Part shown: piece by piece, positions 25,658 through 38,073 of the stretch
How positions within the stretch are numbered: the stretch's first letter is position 1
Layout: every line of letters begins with the position of its first letter
Source: Balamuthia mandrillaris
Taxonomy: Eukaryota
Length of the DNA: 64,000 nucleotides
NCBI GenBank assembly: GCA_031835245.2
Contig: JAVKOQ020000071.1
Span: 1 to 64,000 of the forward strand
Direction of reading: 5' to 3'
Program-made: the position numbers and the translations under genes
The notes under the pieces: model-generated
What the model saw: only the letters and a program-made list of their open reading frames with translations
Databases searched by the model: none
Told to the model about the DNA's origin: nothing

Positions 25658-26082
25658 TTATAACGAAGAAAATAAAAGAAGAAAACGGAAAGCAAGCAGC
25701 ATACCTTGGGAAGACTGAGGTTGTGATGGTCGCTCTCCTTTTTCAATTTGTTGTAGTCCCACGAGGCGTAGGTCGTGATCCTGTGAGCGCAGTTGTCGTA
25801 CTGCCTCCTGAGGGCCACGCAACGCGGCATGCACTGCTGCTCCACTTCACCCCTGACGGCGCAAAATGGGAGTTCCTCCTCCTCCTCCTCAGCCGCTTCC
25901 TCCTCCTCCTCTTCCTGTTGTTCCTCCTCCTCTTGTGGTTCCTCGGCTTCGTCACCGCCGGATTGGGCCTCGGAGCCAACGTCTTCCTCCTCATCTCCAG
26001 CCTCGCCCTTGGGAGGCTCGGTCTCCTCTTCCTCCACTACGGGATCCTCCTCCTCCACTACGACTTTGGATTTTTTGCCCAT
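25306..26082 (-). CDS. QCR6: Cytochrome bc1 complex subunit 6 (hinge protein), 3 exons
   Basis: Acidic N-terminus, then C..RC....QYDNCAHRI, HCTGQFFEWRDCMDKC|MAPKLFKKLK*. Confidence 0.88.
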
Positions 26083-26904
26083 TGTTTTTCACTACTGTGA
26101 TTTTTTTGTTTTTTCAGCGTGAAACAAAAAATAATCAAATTCAGCAAAAGCGAAGGGCCAAAGAAAAAAGATTCAACAAAAAAAGACGAAACAAAAGGAG
26201 GCTTCTCTCTTCTTGGATCCGTTGAACCAACGCTCAAGTTTTGGTGGAGGAAAAAAAATATCCCCTCCCCCAAAAAAAAAAAATGGAGGTGGTGGTGTAC
26301 GAGCGGGAAGAAAAAAAAACGGGGGGCCTACATCAAAAAAAAAAAAAAAAGGAGGGGAACAGAGAACACAAAATTACTTACCGGAGCGGTTCCGGGTCTC
26401 TTTGAGATGTAAATAAAGACGAGGGACAACCTTGTTGTTGTTGCGCTGAAGGGAGAGAGAAACGACCACACCACACTTCTTCTTTTCCTCTCTTTTTTTT
26501 TTTGTGGCGATTTTGTGAGGCATTTTTTGTCGTCACAAAAAAAAACCATTTATGTCGACAAACGGTTCCTGTTGTGTCTTTGGTAACACGACATCTTTTG
26601 CCCTGACGAAAAACGTGGTGGTCCACATGTAAATGTCTGGACAGAATGGGTCGTGTCGTGATACTCATCATTTAGCTTCTTTGGAAGACGCCCTCTGACT
26701 CCACCCATATCGGCGCAGTGGGTGAGACCATTCCATTCCATTGCAGGGTTGTGCCTGAACGTTCTTTGTGGAGCGACGGGGATGCTGGGCTTTACCGACA
26801 GGTGGTTTCAAAGTGTCTTGTCCCAGGGGAAGAGAAGCAACAAGCAAGCCAAGGAGGAATACGTTAACCATAACTATACAATTATCAAAATACAAGAAGA
26901 AAGC

Positions 26905-28371
26905 TCATGATAGGTTCCGTGATATCTTGTCCCACACTCTATCCGCTCTCCTCAATATAGCCTGGCGCACCATGTCTATCCCTTCCTCCTGCTCCGCCCC
27001 TTCCGCTGCGTCTAGAACCCCACCACCTCCATTATTTCCTCCCAGCTTTGCTCCGGTCAAAACAGCATCCTTCAGGTTTGCCCCTCTCAAGTCAGCTCCT
27101 TCTAGGTTTGCCTGGCGCAAGTCCGTTTCTTTCAAGTCCGCAGCCGTTAACCGACTGCCTCTCAGGTCGGCAGATGCCATTACGGCCTCGCTGACATCTG
27201 CTCCCCTGAGATCAGCACCATGCAAGCAAGCGCCCGTCAAGTTGGCGCCTTGCAGGTTGGCACCTCTCAAGTCGGCTCCTTCCAGGTTGGCATTCTTGAG
27301 GTTGGCTTTGCGAAGGTTGGCAAGACTGAGGTTGGCTCCTTGCAACAGGGCCTCGGAGAGCTCGGCGCGTTGAAAGTGGGTGCGATGCAAGTTGCAGCAA
27401 CGAAAGTCGGCCTCAGGCATGGCTCGCTCGTTGAAGCAGAGACGAGAGAGGTCCAAGGCGCAGAAGCGCACGCCTCGTAGGGTTTGTTTGTTGGCGGTGG
27501 TGCCGCTGTTGGCGTTGGTGCTTCCCCCATAGCCTTTCAAGCAGAGGAGACTAACCACCTCCCTACGTGTGAGTAGGTCCGGATTGGGAAGGTCTTCGAC
27601 TGCGATTCGGTGTCTTCTTTTGCTTCGTCCTTCATCTGTTTCTTTATCATACTCTGTTTCTTCTACCACTTCTTCTGCCTCTGCCTCACCACGAAGAAGG
27701 GTGGAAAGTTGCTCTAACATCAGGTAGTCTGCCTCAACCAACAGTCTCCTTCGGCTAATGTTGTGCCGGGCGCTCATTTGAAGAAGGTCATCCACGGAGA
27801 GACTGCCTGCGGCCCTGAGGTAGGCCAACACAATCGCAAACACGTCTGGGTCTCTGTCCAAGAAGAAGAACAAAGCTCCTCCACCTTTGCCTTCGCCCTT
27901 CTCTTCTCCGTCCTCATCGTTTTCTTGTTGGTCCGACTTCCAACGCCCGCTGGCCAAGCAGGCCAACAAGGAATGAGGCTCTCTTTCTAGAGTGGTTGTG
28001 GAAGTATGAAAGATGGTTCCGCCAACGTTAAGCTTGACTCGACGGCTCTGTGAATCAGAAGAAAAAGAGGAAGTGGCAGCTTCTTGCGGTTGACAGAAGA
28101 ACAGACTGTTCTTTAACCGTTCTTCTCGTTGTTGGAGTTGGAGCTCGCGGTGACGCAGGGCAGCCTCTCTCCTGGCCAACTCCAACAATGCCGCGCTCTC
28201 GCTAACCTCTTTTTGCTTTTCGGCCGTTGTCACAGTGAGCCCCTCTCTTTCTTCTTCCTCTTCGTTTGCGGTTTCATTGTTGGCCGCACCGGCTTCTGTC
28301 TTGTCGTCGCCGTCTGCCTCGTTGTTTTCTTCGTCGTCCACTGGTTGCTGCGACCACAGCTTTCGGAACAT
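26905..28371 (-). CDS. BTB/POZ (T1-type) plus pentapeptide-repeat protein, KCTD9-like
   Basis: RVKLNVGGTIFHTSTTTL..EPHSLL and FFLDRDPDVFAIVLAYLR, followed by A(N/D)L.. pentapeptide repeats. Likely ATG at 28371. Confidence 0.88.
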   Translation of the reverse strand: MFRKLWSQQPVDDEENNEADGDDKTEAGAANNETANEEEEEREGLTVTTAEKQKEVSESAALLELARREAALRHRELQLQQREERLKNSLFFCQPQEAATSSFSSDSQSRRVKLNVGGTIFHTSTTTLEREPHSLLACLASGRWKSDQQENDEDGEEKGEGKGGGALFFFLDRDPDVFAIVLAYLRAAGSLSVDDLLQMSARHNISRRRLLVEADYLMLEQLSTLLRGEAEAEEVVEETEYDKETDEGRSKRRHRIAVEDLPNPDLLTRREVVSLLCLKGYGGSTNANSGTTANKQTLRGVRFCALDLSRLCFNERAMPEADFRCCNLHRTHFQRAELSEALLQGANLSLANLRKANLKNANLEGADLRGANLQGANLTGACLHGADLRGADVSEAVMASADLRGSRLTAADLKETDLRQANLEGADLRGANLKDAVLTGAKLGGNNGGGGVLDAAEGAEQEEGIDMVRQAILRRADRVWDKISRNLS

Positions 28372-28863
28372 GTTGGTGTTTGTCAATGTTTTTTTTTTTT
28401 TTTGCTGGAAAAAAAAAACAAAAAACAAAGGAGAAGAAGTGGCAAAACAAACACTTGGAGTCTTCTTCCACGTGGAAGGCAAATAGAGAAGAGTTTGTTT
28501 TTTTTTTTTTTTGTTTGTTAAATGCTTTCGTTACGAAAAGAAAATGGCAGAGTTTTCTGTGTCTACAAAAATCCTACAGTGCTTGCGATCGTGCAGCAAT
28601 TCGCCACGCGTCGAGCTCATTTTCACCGATCGATCACAATTATTAAGGTCCGCAAATATTCCAGACCTGCCACGTCACGTTTTAATCACCATCTTAGGAA
28701 ACTTTACCTTTAAATGGCAAACGTTCGATCAACAAAAAATCGAAATTTTTTAAAGAAAGTCGAACATTTTTTTTTGAAGCAAATAAAAGAAAGAAAAGAA
28801 GGAAGAAAAAGGAGGAAGCAAATAATAATAATAATAATAAAAAAAACAAAACCATTATAAACT

Positions 28864-30160
28864 ATGGAAGGGGCTCAGGACTCAGGGCGACCGACGCCAA
28901 AAGAGAAAGTGGTGGTGGAGGAGGGCGAAGAGCCGGAAGAACGAACGGCAGCACAACAACAAAACGGGGCCAAAGAGAAAGAAAACGACGAAAAGGCAAA
29001 AGAGAAAGCCCAGTCGGAGGAGGAGGAGGAAAAGGATGAAGCCTCCGTGGCTGCTGCTTCCGCTTCGTCAAACGGAGAGTCCACGACGACCGCTGGCGGC
29101 GCCTCTGTCGTCCCCGCTGCCGCAGGCAAGAAGAAACCGGACCCGCCCCGAGAGAAAGACTACGATTGGGGCGAGCCTTTGGGAGAGGGAAGCTTTGGCG
29201 TGGTGCGTATCTCTCTCTCTCTCTCGCGTTCTTTATTTTATTTTTTCAAATATTTTTATTTAAAATCGTTTTTACTTTCAAATTTTTAAATCAAAAATTC
29301 GATTGGATTGGAATGCGATGGATTGATTTGATTGATTTTATTTTATTTTTGCTCTTTTCGTTGCGTTGATGTGAAAAAACAAAAACAGGTGAAGAAAGCT
29401 ACGGTTCGAGCGACGGGTAAGTCGTATGCCATCAAGATAATAGAAAAGAAGTTCATCCTGGAGAACAAGAACAAGGCCATTGTCTTTAGGGAGAGAGAGA
29501 TCTTGAACCACCTCGACAACCACCCTTTCGTTGTCACCCTCCACTATACCTTTCAGAACCCCTCTCAACTTTGTACGTGTGTTTTTATTTTTTTGGTGTG
29601 TGGATGTATTTGTTTTTGTCTCTTTCCCCCTTTTGGTTGTTTCATTTTTTTCTTCTCCCTTCTCCTCTCCTTCCGCTGGTGTTTCTTGTTCTCTCGTTTC
29701 GGTCTTTACTGTGTTGCTCCGTCTCTTCTTTCTCTGTCCCTCCTCGTTCTCTCTTGTCTTTTTTGTCTTTCGCTCATCTCGCTTTCATTTTTTTCGCTTC
29801 TCTTTTCTCTCATCTTTATTCCGTTTCGTTCTCACTTGTACCATTCTCTTGGACCACGAATCCCAGTCTTTGTGATGGACTATTGTTCAAACGGCGAGCT
29901 CTTTGATGTTTTGAAGAAGGTACGTTTTTTTAAAACCTTAATCTTCTTTCTTCCTTCTCTCTCTCTCGCTCACTCTCTTTTCCCCTGTTCAACACCAACA
30001 GCACGGCTCCTTCAGTATGAAAGTAACTCAGCATTACGTTGCTGAGATGGTTTTAGCGCTTGAATACATTCACTCTAAAGGAGTAATGCACCGCGATTTC
30101 AAGCCGGAGAACATTTTGGTATGCAGAGGAAAACAAATTTTATGCAGCCCTTTTATCTGA

Positions 30161-30214
<54 letters not shown>

Positions 30215-32067
30215 TCAGTTGAACGAAGATATGCACATCAAAGTAATTGACTTTGGTACTGCCAAGATTGTTGGTAGAGGTAATGTTTCGTTTCATTGTC
30301 GTTTTCATTTTCGTTGCTCTCCACTCCCTTCTTAAAAGAAACAAACAACAGAACGTTCTGGTTCATTTGAGGGCACTCCTGAGTACATGTCTCCAGAACT
30401 ATTGATCGACAATATGGCCGACACTAGATGCGATCTTTGGGCTCTTGGTGTGATCGTTTTCCAGCTTTTGACGGGACAACTTCCCTTCAGGTTCTCTTTT
30501 GTCTCATTTTTCTTCATTTTCTCGTTTTAACCCTTCTCTCTTTCTCTCGTCTCTCGTCTCTCGTCTCTCGTCTCTCGTCTCTCGTCTCTCGTCTCTCGTC
30601 TCTCGTCTCTCGTCTCTCTCACAATGTCTAACTATTCAACATTGGCTTTTAAACAGAGGGTCAAACCCATGGCACACAATGCAAAAAGTAAAAGACAAAG
30701 AGTTCGAGTACCCGGATGACTTCCCCGAAGATGCCAAAGATCTTTGCGAAAAGCTTTTGGTCTCTGCTTCCTTCCTCTTCTTGCTTCCTTCCTCCTTGTT
30801 TTTTTTTTCATTTTTTTTTTAAATGTTTACTCCTTTCGTCCTTCTTCATTTAAAACATACTCATGGAAAAAAAATAGACAAGAAATCCAGACGAGCGATT
30901 GGGTGGTTCCAACTACGCAGAGCTCAAAGCACATCCTTTCTTTAAAGGGATCGATTGGGAGGGTCTCCCTACCTCCACACCCCCTCCTCCCGCTCCGATG
31001 GACCCTCCACTCAAAGTGAAGAGGACCAAAGAGGAGCAGCAGGAGATCCATCGACAGCTCTCCAATTCACTTTCGGCGGTGACCACGACGACGCGAAGTT
31101 CTTCGGGAGGAAGCATGAAGGAAGCGACGGAAGGGGGAAAACGGGCTAGATCCGCTTCTTCGGGGGGTATTAATACGCAGCAATTTGCTAATAATGAAGC
31201 TTGGTTAGTATTTCTTTTTTGTTGTATCTTTTTCTTTCTCTTTCTTTCTCTTGTCCTTTCTTTCTTTTCTTTTCTTTTCTTTTCTTTTCTTTTCTTTTCT
31301 TTTCTTTTCTTTTCTTTTCTTTTCTTTTCTTTTCTTTTCTTTTCTTTTCTTTTCTTTTCTTTTCTTTTCTTTTCTTTCTTGTCGCTTTCTCTCTCTCTCT
31401 CTCTCTCTCAACCTAACCTAAATCGTCTTTCAAACAAAACAGGTCCAAATTTTTAGAATCTGGAGAAGAGATAGTTCACACGAGTCTAGTCTTCAAGAAG
31501 CGGCGTCCGCTCAACGTGAAGAAGAGACAACTCATCCTCACAAACACCCCGCGGCTCATCTACATCGATCCCGGGCCAAACAAGTTGATGGGCGGCATCG
31601 ACTTTACCAACATACTCAAAGTTTCGTTGAGGGACTCCACTCACTTTACTGTATACACTGTACGTTTTTTTTTAAGTTCCTTCTTCTTGTTCTTGTTCTT
31701 GTTCTTGTTCTTGTTCTTGTTCTTGTTCTTGTTCTTCTTCTTGTTCTTCTTCTTGTTCTTCTTGTTCTTCTTGTTCTTGTTCTTCTTCTTCTTCTTCTTC
31801 TTCTTCTTCTTGTTCTTGTTCTTCTTCTTCTTCTTCTTCTTCTTCTTCTTCTTCTTCTGCTTCTTCTTCTGTATTTGTTCTTTTATTCTTTTCCCTTTTT
31901 TCTTTCTTTTCTTTCTTTTCTCTCCCTCTCTCCCTCGCTTGGTTTTTTGTCTGATGGTCTGTTCTTCTTCTTGTTCTTCTTCTTCTTCTTCTTCTTCTTG
32001 TTCTTCTTCTTCTTCTTGTTCTTCTTCTTCTTCTTGTTGTTCTTCTTGTTCTTCTTCTTCTTGTTCT

Positions 32068-32098
<31 letters not shown>

Positions 32099-32483
32099 GT
32101 TTTTCTTTTCTTCTTCTTCTTCTTCTTCTTCTTCTTCTTCTTCTTCTTCTTCTTCTTCTTCTTCTTCTTGTTCTTCTTGTTCTTCTTCTTCTTCTTCTTC
32201 TTCTTCTTCTTCTTCTTCTTCTTCTTCTTCTTCTTCTTCTTCTTCTTCTTCTTCTTCTTCTTCTTCTTCTTCTTCTTCTTCTTCTTCTTCTTCTTCTTCT
32301 TCTTCTTCTTCTTCTTCTTCTTCTTCTTCTTGTTCTTGTTCTTCTTCTTCTTCTTCTTCTTCTTCTTCTTCTTTGCTCTGTTCTTTGCAGAGAGGAAGAG
32401 ACTATCATTTCGAGGACAAGAACAAAGGAGCGCCAAAGTGGGTCGAAGAGATATCCAAGTTTTGCAACAGGAGCCAATCGTGA
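28864..32483 (+). CDS. PDK1: 3-phosphoinositide-dependent protein kinase 1 (AGC kinase plus C-terminal PH domain), multi-exon
   Basis: LGEGSFG, YAIKIIEKKFI, HPFVVTLHYTFQ, HRDFKPENIL, DFGTAK, SFEGTPEYMSPELL, ELKAHPFFKGIDWE, and PH motif KKRQLILTNTPRLIYIDP. Confidence 0.9.
31681..32372. repeat. Long (TTC)n/(TTG TTC)n trinucleotide tract in the last PDK1 intron
   Basis: About 700 nt dominated by ttc/ttg triplets. Confidence 0.95.
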
Positions 32484-32849
32484 TGAACAAGGGCGACCGG
32501 GGGTTTTTTTTTTTGGGTGCTAAAAAGTCTTTCGCACCTGCATCCCTCTCATTATCCTGTGTTATCTCTCTCTCTTCGGGGCAAACAAACGAATAAACAA
32601 ACAAAGGGTTGGTTCACAAGAGAGAGAAGAGAGAGAGAGCACACGCTACCTTTTTTTTTTCTTTCGCGCCAAAAAAAAAAAATCAAGCATAGCAGAAGCG
32701 TAGCAAAGCAAGAACAAAAAAAAGGGTAGCGTAGCGTAGTGGCTACTCTCTCTCACGAAGCAAAAAAAAAAGAGGGAAGAAGAACGAGGAACGAAGAAGA
32801 AGAGCAAAAAAAAAAACTACTACCACCACCACACCCACAAAAAGCAGGA

Positions 32850-34071
32850 ATGGAGCTGCGTGGCGGCAAAGACAACGAAGGTTTGATTTGATCGGCTTTA
32901 CTTACTTTGATGTTTTTTTTTTTGCCCAGATCTTCTTACCGTTGTTGGCAGGTGCAGCAAGAACGCGGCTGGAAACCTCAGAGGCCTCTGAGGAACCAAG
33001 AAGCCAGGCCACGACCGCAACGCCCGCTTCCGCAACGATCCTCGAGCCAGAGGCTCTCCCGGCACACCTCGCTGAGTTGAACGTTCCTGAGAGACGTGAC
33101 CAGCCTTCTCCCTCAAAAAGGAGACTCTCTGCCCCCGCTTCACCTGGCGAGACAAAAAAAGTAAGAGAAAACCCACTCGATGCGTGTGTTTGTGTTTCAC
33201 TTCATTCCTCGCTAACTTGTTGTGACGCTCTGGAACCTACATCACCAGAGGCGTTCGCGCAAGAGCCTCAACCCCAACGCGAAACGAGACCCTTTGGGTG
33301 AGTTGGTGGAGGACCTGCTTGCAGGGGCGGAGGAGAAAATAGAGCCGCAACGCTCTGTGGAGGTCAATGCGGTTGCGCAGCTTGTGGCGCCAACTCCACC
33401 ACCACCGCTACCCGCGCGCCTTGCGGCACCCTCTGATCCGCCCACGCCAGATCAGGTGGCTGCTGGCTACCAGTACGTCGCCCAGCTAGGGCGTGCAGAG
33501 GGCACCTTCTCCGATAACATGGAGAACGCTGTCGCTTATCTCGGCGAGTTACACCGAGACTCTGGTAACTCGTTTCTTTCTTTTTTTTTTCGTTTAACTT
33601 CAAGGCCCTTGTTGGTGTCTAAGGTTTCTTCTCCAAACAGCAATCACCCGAGCAAACCTCGACACGGCAGTGACGAACGCCGTCAACAATGCGGTGGCCG
33701 GAGCGATGGCCCCATTCTTGACCATGTTAAGGCGAAATACAAATGCCATCGCCACCCTCAACGGCGCAGCACTTGTGGAGCTGGAGGCCACTGGACCCAC
33801 TGGTGGACCAGCGTGGAGCTACACAGCGCTCAGAGGGGGACCAATTAATCAGGCAGCGCCTCTCGGAGCCCTTCCCTCCGCCCATGGGCTCAGGTTTCCG
33901 AGAGCAATTGGGGAGCTGCACGCGTTTAGTGTCCCTCAGCTCAATCACCTCCTCCATTTTTATGCCATAGAGGATCCGGCTAACCCTGGTAGGCAATTTT
34001 TGGCCACTGGCTCCGCAGAAGAGAAGATGCGAGCCATTGCTCGCCACTTGGGTGTGTCATGGGGTCTCTGA
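32850..34071 (+). CDS. Hypothetical protein with C-terminal domain resembling fungal Mug135-like C-terminal (DUF1773-type) domain, about 4 exons
   Basis: GT-AG introns join the ORFs. The C-terminus RFPRAIGELHAFSVPQLNHLLHFYAI...GSAEEKMRAIARHLGV resembles the FP....L......L..LL.FY...G...EK...L...IG pattern, recalled rather than searched. Confidence 0.45.
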
Positions 34072-34135
34072 GTGCTCGCTTTTCCCTGTTTCCTACAGCA
34101 AGTGTCGAGAGCGTGCACGAGGCTGTTTGTTTGTT

Positions 34136-34173
<38 letters not shown>

Positions 34174-34261
34174 TCCAGTAAATATCAACCTGTCTGAGCT
34201 CGCAAAAACAACAAAAGAGAGAAGCAAAGAAGGGCAAGGGAACAGAGAGAAAAAAAAGTTG

Positions 34262-36877
34262 TTATTGACGATACATCTCAGGAGAGAAGGGCATAGCCAG
34301 CGTCAGGAAGGTCGACTTGGTCTCCAACCACCACTGCTTCACCGGCCTTCTGAACTTCTCATCAACCATCCTTGGCACGTCCTTCAAAGGAGTGGCCACC
34401 GTCTCGCTTCCAATCTCTCCCACCACAAAGCTTAGGCTCTGCCTCTCCTCTTCGTTGTTGCTGCCGTTCAAGCTTTGCAGCCAAAGCTCCTCCAAATGTT
34501 GGATGGCAAAGGAGCTCATCTTGGCGGCACGGATTCGATCGATGGGGGAGGGTTGGCCGCCTTGTTGCAAGTGACCCAAAACGGCTTTCCGAACCGAGAA
34601 TTCTTTCTTTCCTGTTTTGTTTATTTTGTTTGTTTGGTGAAAGGAAGAAAAGAAAAGGGGAAAAAAAAAAAAGAATACCTTCGTCTTGGATGATAGAAGA
34701 CAAGACTTCAGCATTGTACACACGGTTGGCTTTCTCGTTGACAATGATCATACCTGCTCCACCTACCAGATCCCCCTTCTTACTCCTAAATCTTTTTTTT
34801 TGTTTCAGAATAATTCAGAAAAACGAAGCGATAACAAAAGAAACAACGCAAGAAGTACGAGGAACAGAGAAAAATGTTTACCTCTGTCTCAACGACTCAC
34901 AATCCGCTCTTAGCCTCTCCAAATCCACGCCCTCCTCCGGCAAATACACAATCTCTGCCCCCGTCGCAATAGCCGACTGCAACGCTAAATAGCCACAACT
35001 GGAGCCCATGACCTCCACCACAAATACTCGCCCTACTCCGCTGGCGCTCTGCTTGATCTTGTCAAGAGCTTCAACGATGGAGTTGAGGGCGGTGTCGGAG
35101 CCGATAGTGTACTCGGTGGCGGGCATGTTATTGGAGATGGTGGCCGGGACGAAGACCTTGCGGAGAGAGGACAGGTAAGGATGTTTGGAGCCGAGTTGGT
35201 CAAAGAGTAAGAGAGTCTTTGTTGTGTTCGTTGGTGAAAGTAAATAACGGTTAATGCAATGGAAGTAGTTGCAGAGAAGACAAAGAAGCCTGAAGAACAA
35301 ACCTCAAGACCTTCATAGCCACCAATTACAACCAAGGCATCCAACTCCAATTTTTTCACCACGTTCTCAATTTGCGTCAAGTCCTGCTCGCTCTTCGGCA
35401 CATATCTCGAAGTGCCAATAAGACTTCCTCCCAGAGGAGCCCATCCGTTTACCGTCATCCAATCCGTGTCTTTCACCTCGTCCTCTCCTCGCAGAAGTCC
35501 TCCAAAGCCATTCAACACGCGGACCACCCGATGCCCTTTGTCTAGAGCCAAACGGACGGCAGCCCGAACCGCAGAGTTCATGCCTGGAGAGGCGGCCCCA
35601 GCGTGCATCACTGCAATCTTCATTGTTCTTTTTTGTTGTGTTGCATCGGATGATTGCAGTTGTTGATGAGGAGCAGAACGGGCAAAAGTAAGGAAAGTGT
35701 TGAGAGCTTCTTTGAATTGTTTGCCACGCATGTTCATGGCTTCTTCGTGTTTGCTCTCAAAGATCATTCGTTGAGCTACTCTTGTCTGTTTTTTTTTTTT
35801 TTAAAAAAACAAAATAATAAAGAATAGTAATAAATACAAGTGAATGAAGCAAAGAGGAAAGAAGGAAGAACGTATACCTGTTCAACACACTCCATAAGAT
35901 CCCGAACAATGATGCTGCTGCCCTGAGTGCCAACGAGACAGCATTTACTATCCTCTCCGTGGGCTTCCAAAATCAACTCAGCAGCTTTTGCTCCAATTCT
36001 TGTACTCTTTTTTGTTATCGAAAATAGAAAAAATGTTAACAGCGAAGATAACAAAATAAGAGAAAGAAACGACAGGAAAGAACTACAAACCATAATTCGG
36101 TCAAAGGCAGAGGGAGTACCACCCCTTTGTACATGTCCCAGAATAGTGATGCGTGCGTCATGTTGTAACTTTTTCTCCAATATATCCTTTTATTGTTTCC
36201 AAGTGGCGGTGAGAACCAGAAGCAAAGAGGAGAGGCAAAGAAGTAAGATGTAAACAAAGAACAAAGAAGCACAAGAACAAACCTTGACACACTCAGCAGA
36301 AATAGGCTTGCCATGCTTATCCACGGCACCTTCTGCCACAATGATGGTGGTGGAGCGTCTTCCTTGTCGCCGTGATGAGCTCAGCTTCGCGCACAATTGC
36401 TCCTCCCAATCATCTGCTGTTGAAGGAGTTTCTGGAAGCAAGACCCAATCCGCTCCTGTCGCTATCGCTGCCATCAACGCTAACCACTGTTGTAAATGAG
36501 TTGTTGTTAGAGAGGAGAAAGGAATGAAAAATGGATATTAAAAAAGCAAGAATAGAGCACAGGTTCAGGATAGCATAAAGAAGAAAAGAGTAAAACAGGA
36601 AGAAGAAGAAGAAATGTACCCCACAATGACGACCCATGACTTGAACGACGAAGCTGCGTTGGTGAGAAGCAGCCGTGGAGCCGATGGCATCCACCGCTTC
36701 CACGATGCGATGTAATGCAGAGTCGGCACCTATTGTCATGTCCGTTCCCCACATGTCGTTGTCTTCGTTCCAGCAGCGAGAAGAACAAGTTAAATGAGAG
36801 AGAGAGAGAGAGGAGAGAGAAGAGAGAAGAGAAGAGAAGAGAGAAGAGAGAGGAGAGAGAAGAGAGAAGAGAAGAGA

Positions 36878-36924
<47 letters not shown>

Positions 36925-37759
36925 ATACAATACCAATGCTACCAACGATTCCTACAAATTGAATGTGAGGAATGTGCTGGTCCTTCCGCAGCAGCCCCTC
37001 CTCCTGCAAAGCGGCTACATGCTGCTTCCATTCCTTGCGCAGCATGTAGGCTCCCGTTAAACTTCCATCTCCTCCGATGACCACCAGTTTAGTGATGCCT
37101 CGTCGAAGCAATGTCCAAACAGCCTTCTTCCGGCCTTCTGGCTTCATGAATTCCATGCTCCGTGCTGTGCCTACCATGGTTCCTCCCTTTATGGTATTGC
37201 AGTTGTTTTGAGAGGTTGTGCTTGAGTAAGGAGAAGAGGAGAAGGAGAAGGAGAAGAAGGAATGAAGATCTAGAACACCAGCAAGAACGAGAACAAGAAG
37301 AGCAAGAAAGGGAACGAGATCAAGAACAACAGCAGTGAATAAAGCGTAACGAACCTGTTGAAGAATGCCTCCCACGTCACCCCAACGCATCTCCACAATG
37401 GTGTCATCGATGAGTCCTTTGTAGCCCTCACAAATGGCAAACACCCGCACGCCCCTCTGAAGGGCCACCCTGACCACCGCCCTGACAGCGGCGTTCATGC
37501 CCTGCGCGTCGCCGCCGCTCGTCAGCACGCCGATCCGGTCCAAGCCCTCCGCAGAGAGGAGCAGAGGCTCTTGCGACGACGAAGAAGAAGAAGAGGGTGC
37601 ACGCTCCCTTGGTGAGGAAGAGGAAGAAGAGGAGGAAGAAGGATTGTTGGCACAAGTGGAGGAAGAAGCAGCGGAGGTTGAATCGTAGGCAGTGTCATGG
37701 CTCTGAAGCTCAGCGGCAATCCTGCTCTCAAGCTCTTTGTAGCGAATGACGGAAGACAT
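34262..37759 (-). CDS. pfkA: ATP-dependent 6-phosphofructokinase, eukaryotic duplicated type, multi-exon
   Basis: [74 protein letters not shown] and the second half PGMNSAVR...PATISNN...LGHLQQGG. Confidence 0.95.
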
Positions 37760-38042
37760 TTGGCTTTGGCGTGTTACCGTGAGTGTGAGTGTGAGAGTGG
37801 AGGCAAAAAAAAATTTTTTAAAAAAAAGGAAAGAAGGAAGTGGATGACGAAGAATGAGAACAAAGAAGAGCCAAACCAGCAAGAGAGAGAGAGAGACCAC
37901 CTCAAGTTAATCTTTTTTTTTCTTCCTTTCTCTTTTTTTTATTTTCATTTTTTTTTGAATGTGGACAATTGAGAAATTTCGAATGAATATGGCAAAAATT
38001 GCCAATCGACGCCAGATGGCATCACAAATGCTACCCAATTTC

Positions 38043-38073
38043 TAGGTTAGGGTTAGGGTTAGGGTTAGGTTAG
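38043..38073 (+). repeat. Short interstitial telomere-like tract (TTAGGG)3 with degenerate flanks
   Basis: taggTTAGGGTTAGGGTTAGGGttaggttag, about 290 nt upstream of the PFK start. Confidence 0.85.

Noticed and set aside
26375..26390. TACTTACC resembling the U1 snRNA 5' end
   Set aside because: The downstream sequence is not U1-like. It is simply the reverse complement of a splice donor.
26603..26660. CTGACGA resembling a hammerhead ribozyme core
   Set aside because: No GAAA follows the putative stem II, and there is no consistent three-stem junction.
31516..32604. Long poly-F/L/S/K/R/E ORFs in several frames
   Set aside because: Products of intronic (TTC)n microsatellites. The same applies to similar ORFs at 7130-7520, 20020-20416, 24477-24941 and 62786-63067.
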